Assembly (NCBI RefSeq): GCF_006345805.1
Contig: NC_042997.1
Span: 195,114,001-195,178,000, forward strand
DNA from: Octopus sinensis
Taxonomy: Eukaryota
Direction: 5' to 3'
DNA: 64,000 nt
The notes below the pieces were generated by a model. It was given only the letters and a program-made list of their open reading frames with translations. It was not told the DNA's origin and made no database searches. Each line of letters starts with the position of its first letter. Within the stretch, counting starts at the first letter, position 1. Of the stretch, positions 40,263-52,931 are shown piece by piece. The translations under genes were made by a program, and so were the position numbers.

Positions 40263-40670
40263 ATTTCTTTATTGCCTACAGGGGGCTAAACACAGTGAGG
40301 GCAAACAAGGACAGACAAATGGATTAAGTCGAGTATATCAACCCCAGTGCGTAACTGGTACTTATTTAATCGACCCTGAAAGGATAAGTCAACTTCGGCG
40401 GAATTTGAACTCAGAATGTAACAGCAAACGAAATACCTATTTCTTTACTACTCACAAGGGGCTAAACACAGAGAGGACAAACAAGGACAGACAAATGGAT
40501 TAAGTCGATTATATCGACCCCAGTGCGTAACTGGTACTTATTTAATCATCCCCGAAAGGATGAAAGGCAAAGTCGACCTCGGCGGAATTTGAACTCAGAA
40601 CGTAACAGTATCCGAAATACAGCTACGCATTTCGCCCGGTGTGCTAACGATTCTGCCAGCTCGCCGCCTT
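40263..40670 (-). mobile_element. SINE family B dimer
   Basis: Two units plus head, same junction. Confidence 0.9.
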
Positions 40671-40689
40671 AAGAATATTGCACATCAAG

Positions 40690-41205
40690 AATATTGCAAA
40701 ACAATTACAAAAAGGATAGGCTGGGCAAAGTTCAGAGAGCTACTACCTCTTTTAGTAATGAAGGACCTCCCTGTCAGAGTGGAAGGCAAATTGTATAATG
40801 CCTGTGTACGAACAACTATGCTACATGGCAGTGAGACATGGGCTGTGATTACTGAGGATATGCAAAGGCTTAAAAGGAATGAAGCCAGTTTGCTCCGCTG
40901 GGTGGGTATTGTCAGTGTGCATGTATGACAGAGTGAGATTCGAGAGAAAGAACTGGGTATAAGAAGTGACAGATGTAGCATGCAAGAGAGAAGACTGCAC
41001 TGGTATGGCCATGTAATGCATATGAATGGAGACAGTTGCATGAAGAGGTGCCAATCTCTAATTGTAGAAGGAACATGTGGAAGAGGTAGACTCGGGAAGA
41101 TGTAAAATGAAGTGGTAAGAAAGGATCTAAAGATGAGATGACAGGGGACCGAGACCCCTGGTAGTATGCTGTGCTTGAAAGCCCACATCAAGCTCAGTAA
41201 AAGTG
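40690..41205 (+). mobile_element. RTE RT/C-terminal ORF fragment
   Basis: RIGWAKFRELLPLLVMKDLPVRVEGKLYNACVRTTMLHGSETWAV...RRLHWYGHV...GRGRLGK. Confidence 0.9.
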
Positions 41206-42411
41206 TGGTTGTCTTTGAATACAGGCTTGTGCCCTGCATCCCTCTGCAGCTGAGTATTCCTAATCTTGTGGACACGTAAGTGGTGGTACTCATCATTATC
41301 ATTATCATCATCATTGTTTAATGTCTGCTTTCCATGCTAGCATGGGTTGGACGATTTTTGACTGAGGTGCTGGCGAACCAGATGGCTGCACCAGGCTCCA
41401 ATCTTGATTTGACAGAATTTCTACAGCTGGATGCCCTTCCTAATGCCAACCACTCCAAGAGTGTAGTGGGTGCTTTTCATGTGCCACCGACACAGGGGCC
41501 AGGGGAGGCTGGCTGTGGCTACGATCAGTTGATGCTTTTATGTGTCACCGACACAGACGCCAGTCAGGCAGCAGTGGCATCTGACACATTTGGATGGTGC
41601 TTTTACTGTAGTGAGAATATATGTTCAGTATCAAGTATTGATATAGCTGCATGTATATTATTAGAAGAATTCTTACAGAGAAGAAGAAGAAATTTAAGAA
41701 CTATACATTTACTACATAAAATTTTATTCATTGGCTGTTGATGAGATATAATCAAAATGTAGAATCTAGTTGAATGAAGTAATCTATGCAAGAAAGTTCA
41801 GAAATAGGAAATGTAGAAATAACAGCTAAGTGGTGGTTTTCAGTCATGTGGCGTCGAGAAATAGATGGACATAGCAATGACGTGAATGGTTCTAAATTTA
41901 ATTGACTAAGAAGCAAAGAGCAGAGTTAGCAAGCTGTTTTTATTAATGGAACTCTAGACATTCTAGAAACTAAGCTTCTTGAATAATTAAGAATCATGTC
42001 TCATGAAACTGATGCTTCGAGAAACTTAGTAAAGAGAGGTTACTCTATAATCCTTCTTGCAGGGGAGATCATTCAACTTTTTGGCTACCACTACAGTACC
42101 ATGTAAATGCACCCATGCTGGTGCTGTGTAAAAGCACTCTGTAAAATGGTTGGTGTTAAGAAGGGTATCTAGCTGCAGAAACCAAGCCAAAACAGACGGC
42201 TTCTGTCAAGCTGTCCGACCCATGCCGGGATTGAAAACAGATGCTAAATGATGACAATGGTGATGCTACACACACACACACATGCATGCGTGCACACACA
42301 CACATACACCATATTAAGGATATTGTTGGTTGCTTGGTCATGTCACAGAAAGGAAGAGGACTCAATCTTATTTGTGCTATTTGTCTTGTCTATTATATTT
42401 TCACTGTGAAG

Positions 42412-42730
42412 TCATGTGGCTTAGTGGTTAGGCCATTCGGCTCACGATTGTAAGGTCATGAGTTCAATTCCCAGCGATGCATTGCCTCCTTGAGCAACAC
42501 ACTTTATTTCACGTTGCTCCAGTCCACTCAGCTGGCAAAAATGAGTTGTACCTGTATTTCAAAGGGCCGGCCTTGTCACACTCTGTGTCACACTGAATCT
42601 CCCTGAGAACTACGTCAGGGGTACACGTGTCTGTGGAGTGCTCAGCCACTTGCACTTCAATTTCACGAGCAAGCTGTTCCTTTGATCGTATCAGCTGGGA
42701 CCCTCATTATTGTAATTGACAGAGTGCTAC
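42412..42730 (+). mobile_element. SINE family C variant with a V/CORE-like central domain
   Basis: Head ggcttagtggttagg...gagttcaattccc; ccttgagcaacacacttta...gttgctccagtccactcagctggc. A related reverse copy lies at 51945-52170. Confidence 0.85.
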
Positions 42731-43415
42731 TTTATATTTTCACTACAGTGTTTTATGTCAAATAATAATAGTTTGGGAGTATTCTTGCACTACAATAATA
42801 TGAGTTGGTATTATGCTTGCAAATAATAGTTGACAGTATAATTCATGGTTGAACAGTATTGTTATTGTTAATATATATTTATTGCAAATATTCAAATGAG
42901 GAATTTGCTTGATTTAATTATTACCATGTCATCTCTTGCCCACTTTTATACCACAATTATGACACTATTATGAAAGTCTTCCTGGTTAAGCACGAGTTTT
43001 TCTAACAGATATAGGCGCAGACGTGGCTGTGTGGTAAGAAGCTTGCTTCTCAACCACATGGTTCCAGGTTCAGTTCTACTGTGTGGCAGCTTGGGCAAGT
43101 GTCTTCTACTATAACTTCGAGCCAACCAAAGCCTTGTGAGTGCATTTAGTAGACAGAAATTGAAAGAAGAGCTGGCAGGAATGTTAGCACGCCGGGCGAA
43201 ATGCTTAGCAGTATTTCGTCTGCTGCTACGTTCTGAGTTCAAATTCCGCTGAGGTCAACTTTGCCTTTCATCCTTTTGGTGTCGATAAATTAAGTACCAG
43301 TTACGCACTGGGGTCGATGTAATCGACTTAATCTGTTTGTCTGTCCTTGTTTGTCTTCTCTGTGTTTAGCCCCTTGTGGGTAGTAAAGAAATAAGAAACT
43401 GAAAGAAGACTGTTG

Positions 43416-43490
<75 letters not shown>

Positions 43491-45934
43491 ATAAAAAGCA
43501 CCATTTGAGCATGGCTGTTGCCAGTACCACTTAACTGGCCCTCATGCCGATGGCACGTAAAAGCACCCACTACACTCTCAGACTGGTTGGCATTAGGAAG
43601 GTCATCCAGCTGTAGAAACTCTGCCAGATCAGACTGGAGTCTGGTGCAGCCATCTGGTTTGCCAGACCTCAGTCAAATCGGCATGGAAAGCGGACGTTAA
43701 ACAATGATGATGTATGTGTATATGTCTGTGCTTGTCCCCCAACCATTGCTTGACAACCAATGTTGTTGTTTTTTACGTCCCCCATAACTTAGCAGTTCAA
43801 CAAAAGAGACCAATAGAATAACTACTAGGCTTACAAAGAATAGGTCCTGGAGTCGATTAGTTCGACTGAAGGTAGTGCTCCAGCATGGCTGCAGTCAAAT
43901 GACTGAAATAAGTAAAAGATAAGACGAAGCCTTAGCATTACTTCTTTCTAACTTTTTCATAGTGTTTTCTTGGTAAAGATATTGGGGTGGTTCATCGTTG
44001 CCTTCCCCAGCTGGATGAGGCTCATCCACCCTTTGACGGGACTTGTTTTTAGTATGTGTTTCATTTTATGTACGCATCATGGAATTTAGGAAAAGTAGGC
44101 TTACAATTATTTGTGCCAACCCTATCAGTATGAAATCATCGTTATCATAAGTGACAATCATCATCATTGTCATTTAACGTTTGTCTTCCATGCTGGTATG
44201 GGTTGGGTGGTTCAACAGGAATTGATGAGCAAGAGAGCTGTTTCAAGCTCCAGTGTCTGCTTTGGCATGGTTTCTATAGCTCAGGGATTAGGGGAACTTT
44301 TATAACCAATTAACCCAAACTGTATTTATTTATACCAACATTACCCCCTTGATTCAAAAACAAGAAAATCATAGATAATGTGGAAAACGGTTTTTGTATA
44401 AATTTACTTATGTCTAATGAGTCCTCATTGTCCCCAAGAATTTCACTTTTACTCCACTTGGGGTAATTTACCCTGGTTCACCGACATGTGCTATAGCTCA
44501 ATACCCTTCCTGACACCAACCACGTTACAGTGTACCAGGTGACTTTTTTTGGGGCACCAACACTCATGAGATCACCAAGCACTCACAAGACACATGCTCA
44601 GAATCAGCTGTAAAATGATGATGATGATGATGATGTGTCTCTCTTGTATTATCTGTAATTAGCCAGTGTCAAAATCATCTTACTATAATAGGTGTTATGT
44701 CCGTGTTTCTGCCTCTTCCCTTTTCACGGTCAAACAGTTGGACCAATGGTCATGATGTTTTTTGGGATTACAAAGGAGGTAATCAGGAAGGTTTTTAGCG
44801 ACAAAAGAAATGCGAAAAAGTATGACTATTTAGTGGATATTGAGTTTTGTATTAATAAATCATCTTTGATTTTTTTGTTTTGTTAAAATTCCAGCAACGA
44901 GGAGGATTAACTCTAGATTCCACCCCCCACCCCCATATAATTCATGAATTTAGAGGGTTCAGATTTGCAATACTATATCTTTATTTCCTATCATAGATGG
45001 ACAGATTTCTAAAGATTCCGCTCACACATTCACAGCAAACAAGGCATAGAGCCAGACTTTAGATCATGTTTACACACGATGTTTACACATGGCCGGTTAT
45101 ACGTCACTGACTCCAGTAATTTGTGAATTGTGTCAACCAAACAGAAAATATTGTCTACAAAGATGGTTTCTAATCATATTGATATTACCGAAACGAATGT
45201 GTTTAATAATTCGTATAAGGGAGTTTGTGAACTTTTAATGTATAAGAGTACAAACAAGTGTAAAATAGTGTAAACAACTGAAATAAAAGTATATCTAAAT
45301 CACATTTTTTTTCTTGATACTTTTTGTGTAGTGTTTGAAGGAAGGTCTGGCTTTTGTTAGGAGTGGTCCACATAACCATTCATGATACAGAGGGTGAGGG
45401 CCTATTTTAGTTCAGGACTGAATCATCATCAAATGGCACTTAGTTGCAATAGAATGCATACAGCTGCAATAAAATGCTGTATCACCAACAGTAATGGGAA
45501 TTTTCCAAAACATCACCCAGTATGTTCATTTACACATTTCTCAATACACACAGCCCTTATGACTTCCCTCCTTCATTTTGTTTCCATCGTAGATGGGTAG
45601 ATTTGCTAGTAATATCAATATTGACTGTCATACGATGAGTAACATCTTGGTAAAACATTTCTAATAGCAGGAAGGAGTAGGCTGTAATTATTTAAGAGTG
45701 GTGGTGGAGGTGGGTAAATTGCGTTGTTAAATAATATAAGGAAAATATTGAATTTGTTCAACTCTGTGGGCTTCTTTCAGTTTCAGGTGGTGGCAGCGGG
45801 AAGCAGGATTAAACTGGAACATAAGAAAGCCACGCATTTACAAAGCTCCACAAATCAGTTCAGATGGAGTTTTTGTTTGTCAGTTTTCTATAAAAAATAT
45901 ATACAGTCAGTTGTCTTGAAGATTGATAGAGCCC

Positions 45935-45992
45935 CCTAAACGTCCCCTGCGTATTATACTCAAGGGTGGACTATACTCGAGGATTTATGGTA
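45935..45992 (-). mobile_element. Single terminus of a pogo/mariner-like DNA transposon
   Basis: Minus strand taccataaatcctcgagtatagtccacc; only one end is present. Confidence 0.5.
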
Positions 45993-46697
45993 TATATTAT
46001 CTTGTTTGGAAACAGGTGACTGTTGGTAACAGAAAGAGCATTAAACAATAGGAAATCTGCCTCAATAAATTCCATCTGATCCATGAAAGTATGGAAAAGT
46101 GGACACTAAAATTCATACACACACACCATTCTCTCATATATATATTTACACACTTACACTCAACTTTTGTAATTTCATTTTAGAATCTTTCTGGATCTAT
46201 TTAACCATTCAGTATTCAGCTTACACTGTTACATTCAATGCTTATTTATTCCACATTATTTTTAATTCAACATGCATTATCTCAGACCTTCAAGATATCA
46301 ATTTTTAAAATGACATTGTAGGGTAGATGTGAGAGGCCTGACCTGGCCAGTTTGTACATAAAGCAGAATATTTGGACCTGATATGGTTGGTTGAACAAAC
46401 TTTTACTGTCACTATTTCATTGAGAGTAGTTTTAATCTTTAACTCGGTTTAAGATTAACAGTTAGTCCTTGGGTGCCTTTAGCGGAGTACTATCTGTAGG
46501 AAACATCTGGGGGCTAAGGTGTATTCCTCTCTTCTTCCCATCAGTCTTGTTAGCCCTGTATAAAGGGTCATGTATTGCTCTTTTCCACACTAAGTGATAA
46601 TATGAAAAAATGTAAGGTATTTTATGTTGAAGGACGTTTGTAAAATTGCTTCCATTTTGATTAAAGTTTCTCTTTAATTCTCTTTTCAGACTTCAAC

Positions 46698-46853
46698 ATG
46701 CACGACCATTCCTCTCACTCACACCACACAGCAGCCCCTCCAGCAGATTCACAGAACATGTCAGGTGGCATGCCGGGTATGTCAGGCATGCCAGGTATGT
46801 CAGGTATGCCTGGTATGTCAAATATGTCAGATATGTCCGACGGCATGATGAGT
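46698..46853 (+). CDS. SLC31A1: Copper transporter CTR1, first coding exon (His/Met-rich extracellular N-terminus, 52 aa)
   Basis: Acceptor ttttcAG at 46688-46689; ATG at 46698 with A at -3; encodes MHDHSSHSHHTAAPPADSQNMSGGMPGMSGMPGMSGMPGMSNMSDMSDGMMS; donor GTATGT at 46854, phase 0. His cluster, MxxM motifs and NMS sequons match Ctr-family N-termini. Confidence 0.93.
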
Positions 46854-47071
46854 GTATGTTCATTTTTTCTTCCTCATTTTTGTTTTGGCTTTTAGTGTAA
46901 TAAAATCTTTTCTTTAAGAAATAAATAAATACCATGTTTTCCAGCAAACAAGTTGATGAAGTATCATAGTATAAACATCTTTAGCATAAACATCTTCACT
47001 GTCTTTCCAAATTCTGTTGTATTTCACATGGAGTCTTTGGTTCCTCAAAAACCATCTTGGTCAGCCTACCG

Positions 47072-47645
47072 ATTTGGGCTGTAAATTTAAATCTGAAAAA
47101 ATTCAGATTTTGGGCTGTAAATTTAAATCTGAAAAAATTCAGATTTTGGGCTGTAAATTTAAATCTGAAAAAATTCAGATTTTGGGCTGTAAATTTAAAT
47201 CTGAAAAAATTCAGATTTTGGGCTGTAAATTAAATCTGAAAAAATTCAGATTTTGGGCTGTAAATTTAAATCTGAAAAAATTCAGATTTTGGGCTGTAAA
47301 TTTAAATCTGAAAAAATTCAGATTTTGGGCTGTAAATTTAAATCTGAAAAAATTCAGATTTTGGGCTGTAAATTTAAATCTGAAAAAATTCAGATTTTGG
47401 GCTGTAAATTTAAATCTGAAAAAATTCAGATTTTGGGCTGTAATTTAAATCTGAAAAAATTCAGATTTTGGGCTGTAAATTTAAATCTGAAAAAATTCAG
47501 ATTTTGGGCTGTAAATTTAAATCTGAAAAAATTCAGATTTTGGGCTGTAAATTTAAATCTGAAAAAATTCAGATTTTGGGCTGTAAATTTAAATCTGAAA
47601 AAATTCAGATTTTGGGCTGTAAATTTAAATCTGAAAAAATTCAAT
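47072..47645. repeat. 36-bp minisatellite, about 16 copies, with an internal palindrome
   Basis: Unit gggctgtaaatttaaatctgaaaaaattcagatttt; two units carry a 1-bp deletion. Confidence 0.97.
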
Positions 47646-47679
47646 TTGTAATGTCAGAAAATATGGTATTCTCTTTTAC

Positions 47680-48010
47680 TCTTTTACTTGTTTCAGTTAT
47701 TTGACTGTGGCCATGCTGGAGCACCACCTTTAGTCGAGCAAATCGACCCCAGGACTTATTCTTTGTAAGCCCAGTACTTATTCTATCGGTCTTTTTTGCC
47801 GAACCGCTAAGTTACGGGGATGTAAGCACACCACCATTGGTTGTCAAGCGATGTTGGGGGGACAAACATATACACATACATATATACGACGGGCTTCTTT
47901 CAGTTTCCGTCTACCAAATCCACTCACAAGGCTTTGATCGGCCCGAGGCTATATTAGAAGACACTTGGTAAGTACCAAGCTACTTACCACACAGCCACTC
48001 CTATGCCTAT
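47680..48010 (-). mobile_element. SINE family A copy directly after the 36-bp minisatellite
   Basis: Reverse copy with an internal deletion. Confidence 0.87.
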
Positions 48011-50004
48011 ATGTGAATTCTATGCATCTTTTTTTCTTTTAATTCCAAAATCTCACATTCAAATTCCACCAGATATTACAAAAAAATGATTGCTTCCCTT
48101 AAAATAGATGCAACCACTAGGAGAACTATATGTGTTTATATAATTATAGTTGATGTATTATATATCCTCTCTCAGCTCTTTTGGAGCCTGGTCTGTATCA
48201 TTTTCCACTCTATAATGCCATTATTTCATAGATCCCGAGAGCTAAAAAGGCTAAGTTGACCTTGGAATAATTCACTAGAAATTATTAAATATTTAGTCTA
48301 GTCTATTGAGGCATCTGTAACCGAGATAAGATTTACTTTTTAAATCTGATACATTATGTCTTGAATAAAGTTTGTCAATAAAATCCAGTGCAGTTTATAT
48401 ATTCCCCACAACATATTCTCATTATAACCGCTCCCTCTGAGCTCACTCTCTACATTCCCCCCTCCATCTGCCACTTCCCTTTTACAATCTCACAAATTTA
48501 CCCACCCGCCAGTGCTAGTAGGGTGCCAAGAGCACCGTCCGAGCATGATCGTTGCCAGAGCAGCCAACTGGCTTCCGTGCCAGTGGCACGTAAAAGAGCA
48601 CCATTTGAGCATGATTGTTACCAACGTCGCCTTACTTGCACCTGTGCCGGTGGCATGTGTAAAAAGATTCGAGCGAGGTCGTTGCCAGTACCGCCTGACT
48701 GGCCCCCGTGCCGGTGGCATGTAAAAAGCACACACTACACTCTCGGAGTGGTTGGCGTTAGGAAGGGCATCCAGCTGTAGAAACTCTGCCAGATCAAGAT
48801 TGGAGCCTGGTGCAGCCATCTGGTTCGCCAGCCCTCAGTCAAAATCTTCCAATCCATGCTAGCATGGAAAGCAGACATTAAACGATGATGATGATGATGA
48901 TGATTCACCCTCGCTAGTCCTTGGTCCACTTCACTATATACACCTCCTTGTAATTTGAGTATATGCCTTTCCTTGCCCCCTGTCACATATTCACCATCTC
49001 CTCTCTCTCCACTTGAGGTAGCCTTGTTTTTCCTCTACTGCAAGACACCTTTTTCTGTCTCTCTCAGTACTACTCCTCCCCTGTTCAGTTGAGGTGGGGG
49101 TGGGGTCTTGTCTTGCAAGTTTCTTGGTGAACTCACTGCTGCTGGTGCCACATAAAAGCACCCAGTACACCCTGTAAAGTAGTTGGAATTAGGAAGGGCA
49201 TCCAACCATAGAAACCATGCCAAAACAGATAGCAAAAGCTTGGTGTTGTCTTCTGATTTGCCACCTCCTGTTGAATCATCTAACCCATACAAGCATTAAA
49301 AAACAGATGTTAAATGATAATGATGTTGTTGTTAGTGTGTGAGTGTGTGTGTGTGCGCGCTTATGTATATGTGTATCTTTGTCATGACACTGTGATGATT
49401 GTAAACATGAGCATCACCATCATACAAATGGCATTGTTTGTTTCTAGTCTTGTGTTTGGCCATGGGGAAATACTACCTTGCTTGGAAACAGTTGAGGATT
49501 GGCAACAGGAAGAGCATCCAGGTGTAAAAGATCTGTCCCAACAGATTCTGTTCAACCCATATGAGCATGGAAAAATGGATGTTAAATTATGAAAATTATA
49601 TATAACCCATGCTAGCATGGAAAACGGACGCTAAATGATGATGATGATGATGAATTTTTATTCCCCTAACAACCTCCAACACTTTCCCCCATCACTCACT
49701 TCTCTACCACAAGTCCCCTTATATACATATATATATATATAATAACAAAGGGCAAAATGAATTAATTAAGAAGTAATCAGTAATTTCACCATGTAGAATT
49801 CGGCATGAAAAAGACCATTTCATGGTAAGCTTAAGTAATACTTTATAATTAGGGTTCAGCAAAGATTTGCTTCACCACTTGAAAAGTACTTTGGTTTTTC
49901 TGGGAGTCCCTTTTAAAGTAGAAGAAATAGCTAAGGTTTTTTGACTGCTATTACTAAACTTCGGTATGTGGTGAAGCAAATCTTTGCTGAACCCTAATTA
50001 TAAA

Positions 50005-50047
<43 letters not shown>

Positions 50048-50049
<2 letters not shown>

Positions 50050-50670
50050 ACTCGGCAAGCGCATGTGAGACCATAACCTTGTGGCCTATGCCAGGTGTGT
50101 AACCAGTCCACTTATGCGTGCCTTTCCTTCATTGGACACTAAACTCTGCTTGCGAAGACCAGTTGAGGCAAGTGAAATCGAAATCAAACTCGGTGACTGG
50201 CATCCATTGCTAGTGGAGCACTAAGAGTACCATATGAGTGAGATTGTTGCCAGAGCAACAAGCTGGCCTCCGTGCCGATGGCACATTAAAAACACCATTC
50301 GAGCGTGATCATTACCGGTTTCGCCTTACTAGCACTTGTGCTGGTGGCACATGAAAAAAAAAATCATTCGAACAAGGTCGTTGCCAGTGCCACTGGACTG
50401 GCTCCTGTGCAGGTGGCACATAAAAAGCACCATTTGAGCGTGGTCATTGCCAGTGCCATCGAACTGGCCCTCGTGCCGGTGGCACATAAAAGCATCCACT
50501 ACACTCTCGGAATGGTTGGCATTAGGAAGGGCATCCAGCTGTAGAAACTCTGTCAGATCAGACTGGGGCCTGGTGCAGCCATTTGGTTCGCTAGACCTCA
50601 GTCAAATCGTCCAACCCATGCTAGCATGGAAAGCGGACGTTAAACGATGATGATGATAATGATGATGATA
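50048..50670 (+). mobile_element. RTE 3'UTR, subfamily 2 (full UTR)
   Basis: Begins gactcggcaag...gaggcaagtgaaatcgaaatcaaa (homologous to the UTR start at 25172) and ends in the (GAT)n tail. Further UTR fragments at about 12884-13220(-), 17955-18225(+), 20100-20545(+), 27945-28115(-), 30833-31260(-), 33620-34060(-), 35870-36045(+), 41290-41610(-), 43490-43712(+), 48505-48905(+), 54628-54835(-). Confidence 0.88.
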
Positions 50671-51285
50671 TATATATTTGTTTATTTATAGGTTGTTAAG
50701 TCTAGATCATTGCCTGATAATTTTTATTCCCCTAACAACCTCCAACACTTGCCCCCATCACTCACTTCTCTACCACAAGTCCCCTTATCACACACTCCTT
50801 TATCACTCATCTGTCTATCACCCATGTCATTTTCACCCATATCTCTGTTGCCTTTGCCATTATCTATCACGCTCTCATGCACCTATTGTTCCTGTTTCAA
50901 TTACTTTCTCCTCTTCTCAATATCATTGTACTTGTACCTGAAGTGGCTTTCACCTGGGATAGGTTCAGCTGGCTCCAACCAAGTCATGCTCAGTTTCAAT
51001 GGAAATACACATGTATGTAGGAAATCTTGAGCAGTTATAGAGTCATAGAGGGTTTCAGGTACATTGCTTCCTACATGTGACTTGTGCATTCATTCACTTG
51101 GGGTAGATTGAGCTAGCTCTGACTACTATGTTCATTATGTTTCTGTTGAATGCTGACCACATCTGACAGTTGACCATAACATTCCAGCTTGCAAGATTGA
51201 CAAACGATCCACTGGGGAGCGAATGCATTCGATAGCACAGAGGCCATAACTGTAATCGTCATTTGTTGTTGAGGTGTAGAGCTCA

Positions 51286-51427
51286 TGTTTGGAGATTCAG
51301 TGGGAACATAAGTTCAAAGAGCTCTTACCTCTGCTGGTGACAAAGGGCCTCTCGCTCAGAGTAAAAGGCAGACTGTATGATGCATGTGTATAAACAGTTA
51401 TGCTACATGGCAGTGAAACATGGGCCG
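51286..51427 (+). mobile_element. Internal RTE ORF fragment
   Basis: KFKELLPLLVTKGLSLRVKGRLYDACV*TVMLHGSETWA; nearly identical to 24700-24820. Confidence 0.9.
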
Positions 51428-52931
51428 TCACTTGGGGTAGATTAAGCTAGCTCTGTCTAGTGAGTACATTATGTTTCTGTTGAATGCTGACCACATCCGA
51501 CAGTTGACCATAACATTCCGGCAGGCAAAAAAAAGCTTATGCCTGCAACCCCAAAATCCAGCTTGCAAGATTGACAAATGCTCCACTGGGGAGCGAATGC
51601 ATTGGATAGCACAGAAGCCATAACTGTAGTCATCATTTGTTGTTGAGGTGTAGAGCTCAGTGAGAATACAAATTCATGTGGTTCCCAGTTACATATATAC
51701 ACATTTTGTGATAGTGTTATCCATAGCAGCTCATCTTGCCGTAGATTGTCGACCATTGCTGAGGTTTCATTGGCCAAGTCACCAATGATTATTACAGCAT
51801 ACATAGCCTGGGTTTGAACTGGGTTCTATAGACATGCTTTAACGAAAGCTAAGGCATACCTCACTCCCAGCTGTACTTGTTACGAGTATGACTACGGATG
51901 GCAGTGGTCTTATCTCTGTTCATCATACAATAAATAAATAATAAATGCACCCTTTTAAAGCCTAGCCATAGGCCTGGGTTCCCGGTTTCTATGGCGTATG
52001 TGTTCCCCAGCTGGATGGGACGCCAGTCTATCACAACGTTACTCATTTTTGCCAGCTGAGTGGACTGGAGCAACGTGAAATGAAGTGTTTTGCTCAAGAA
52101 CACAACGTGTCGCTCGGTCCAGGAATGGAAACCACAATCTTATGATCATGATGCTGACACCCTAACCACTAAGCCACATTTTGAGGCATATCTTTTAAAT
52201 TTCTTTTACTTGTTTCAGTCACTGGACTGTGGTCATGCTGGGGCAACCATCTTGAACACTTTGGAGGAATTTAGTCAAACGAATCAACCACAGTACTTAT
52301 GTCTTTTATAAGTCTGGCATTTTTAAGTTACTTTTGTTGAACTGCTCAGTTATGGGGATGTGAACAAACCAACACTGGTTGTCAAGTGGTGGGAGTGTGG
52401 GATAACACGCGCGCACGCACAATCGGTTTCCACAGCTTTATTCATTCACAAGGCTGTGGTCGACCCAAGGCTATAGTAGAAGACCCTTGCCCAAGGTGTC
52501 ATACAGTGGGATTGAACCTAAAACCACATGATTGCAATATGAGTTTCTTACCACTCAGCTATATGTGTGTTTAAGGTTCCTTATGAGATGCTCCATACCT
52601 GCTGCCTATATTTTCCTCCCACTCCCAGGCCTTTTGAAATCAACATCCCTCATTCACCCTCACTATTTATCTACCTCTTCCCAAACCTCACACTGTCAGC
52701 CCTATCCTCAACCTTTCTAGTACTTGTACCACACCAAAGGCACTCTGTTAAGGGTGGGGTGATGGAGGTCAAGCAGTCACATTCAGAAGCCGTGACAACT
52801 TCCCTTGTGCTGGTGCTATGGAAGTATGCCCCCTGTATGCTCCACGAAGCGGTTGGTGTTAGGCAGGGCATCTGGCCATAGAAACCAAGCCTAAAAAGGC
52901 TTGGTTTTTATGGTGAGCACCTTGGTTTGTA

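Noticed and set aside
47017-47704. Repetitive ORFs (GCKFKSEKIQIL)n, and a CRISPR-like look from palindromic 36-bp repeats
   Set aside because: The repeats are directly adjacent with no spacers, the context is a eukaryotic intron, and there are no cas genes.
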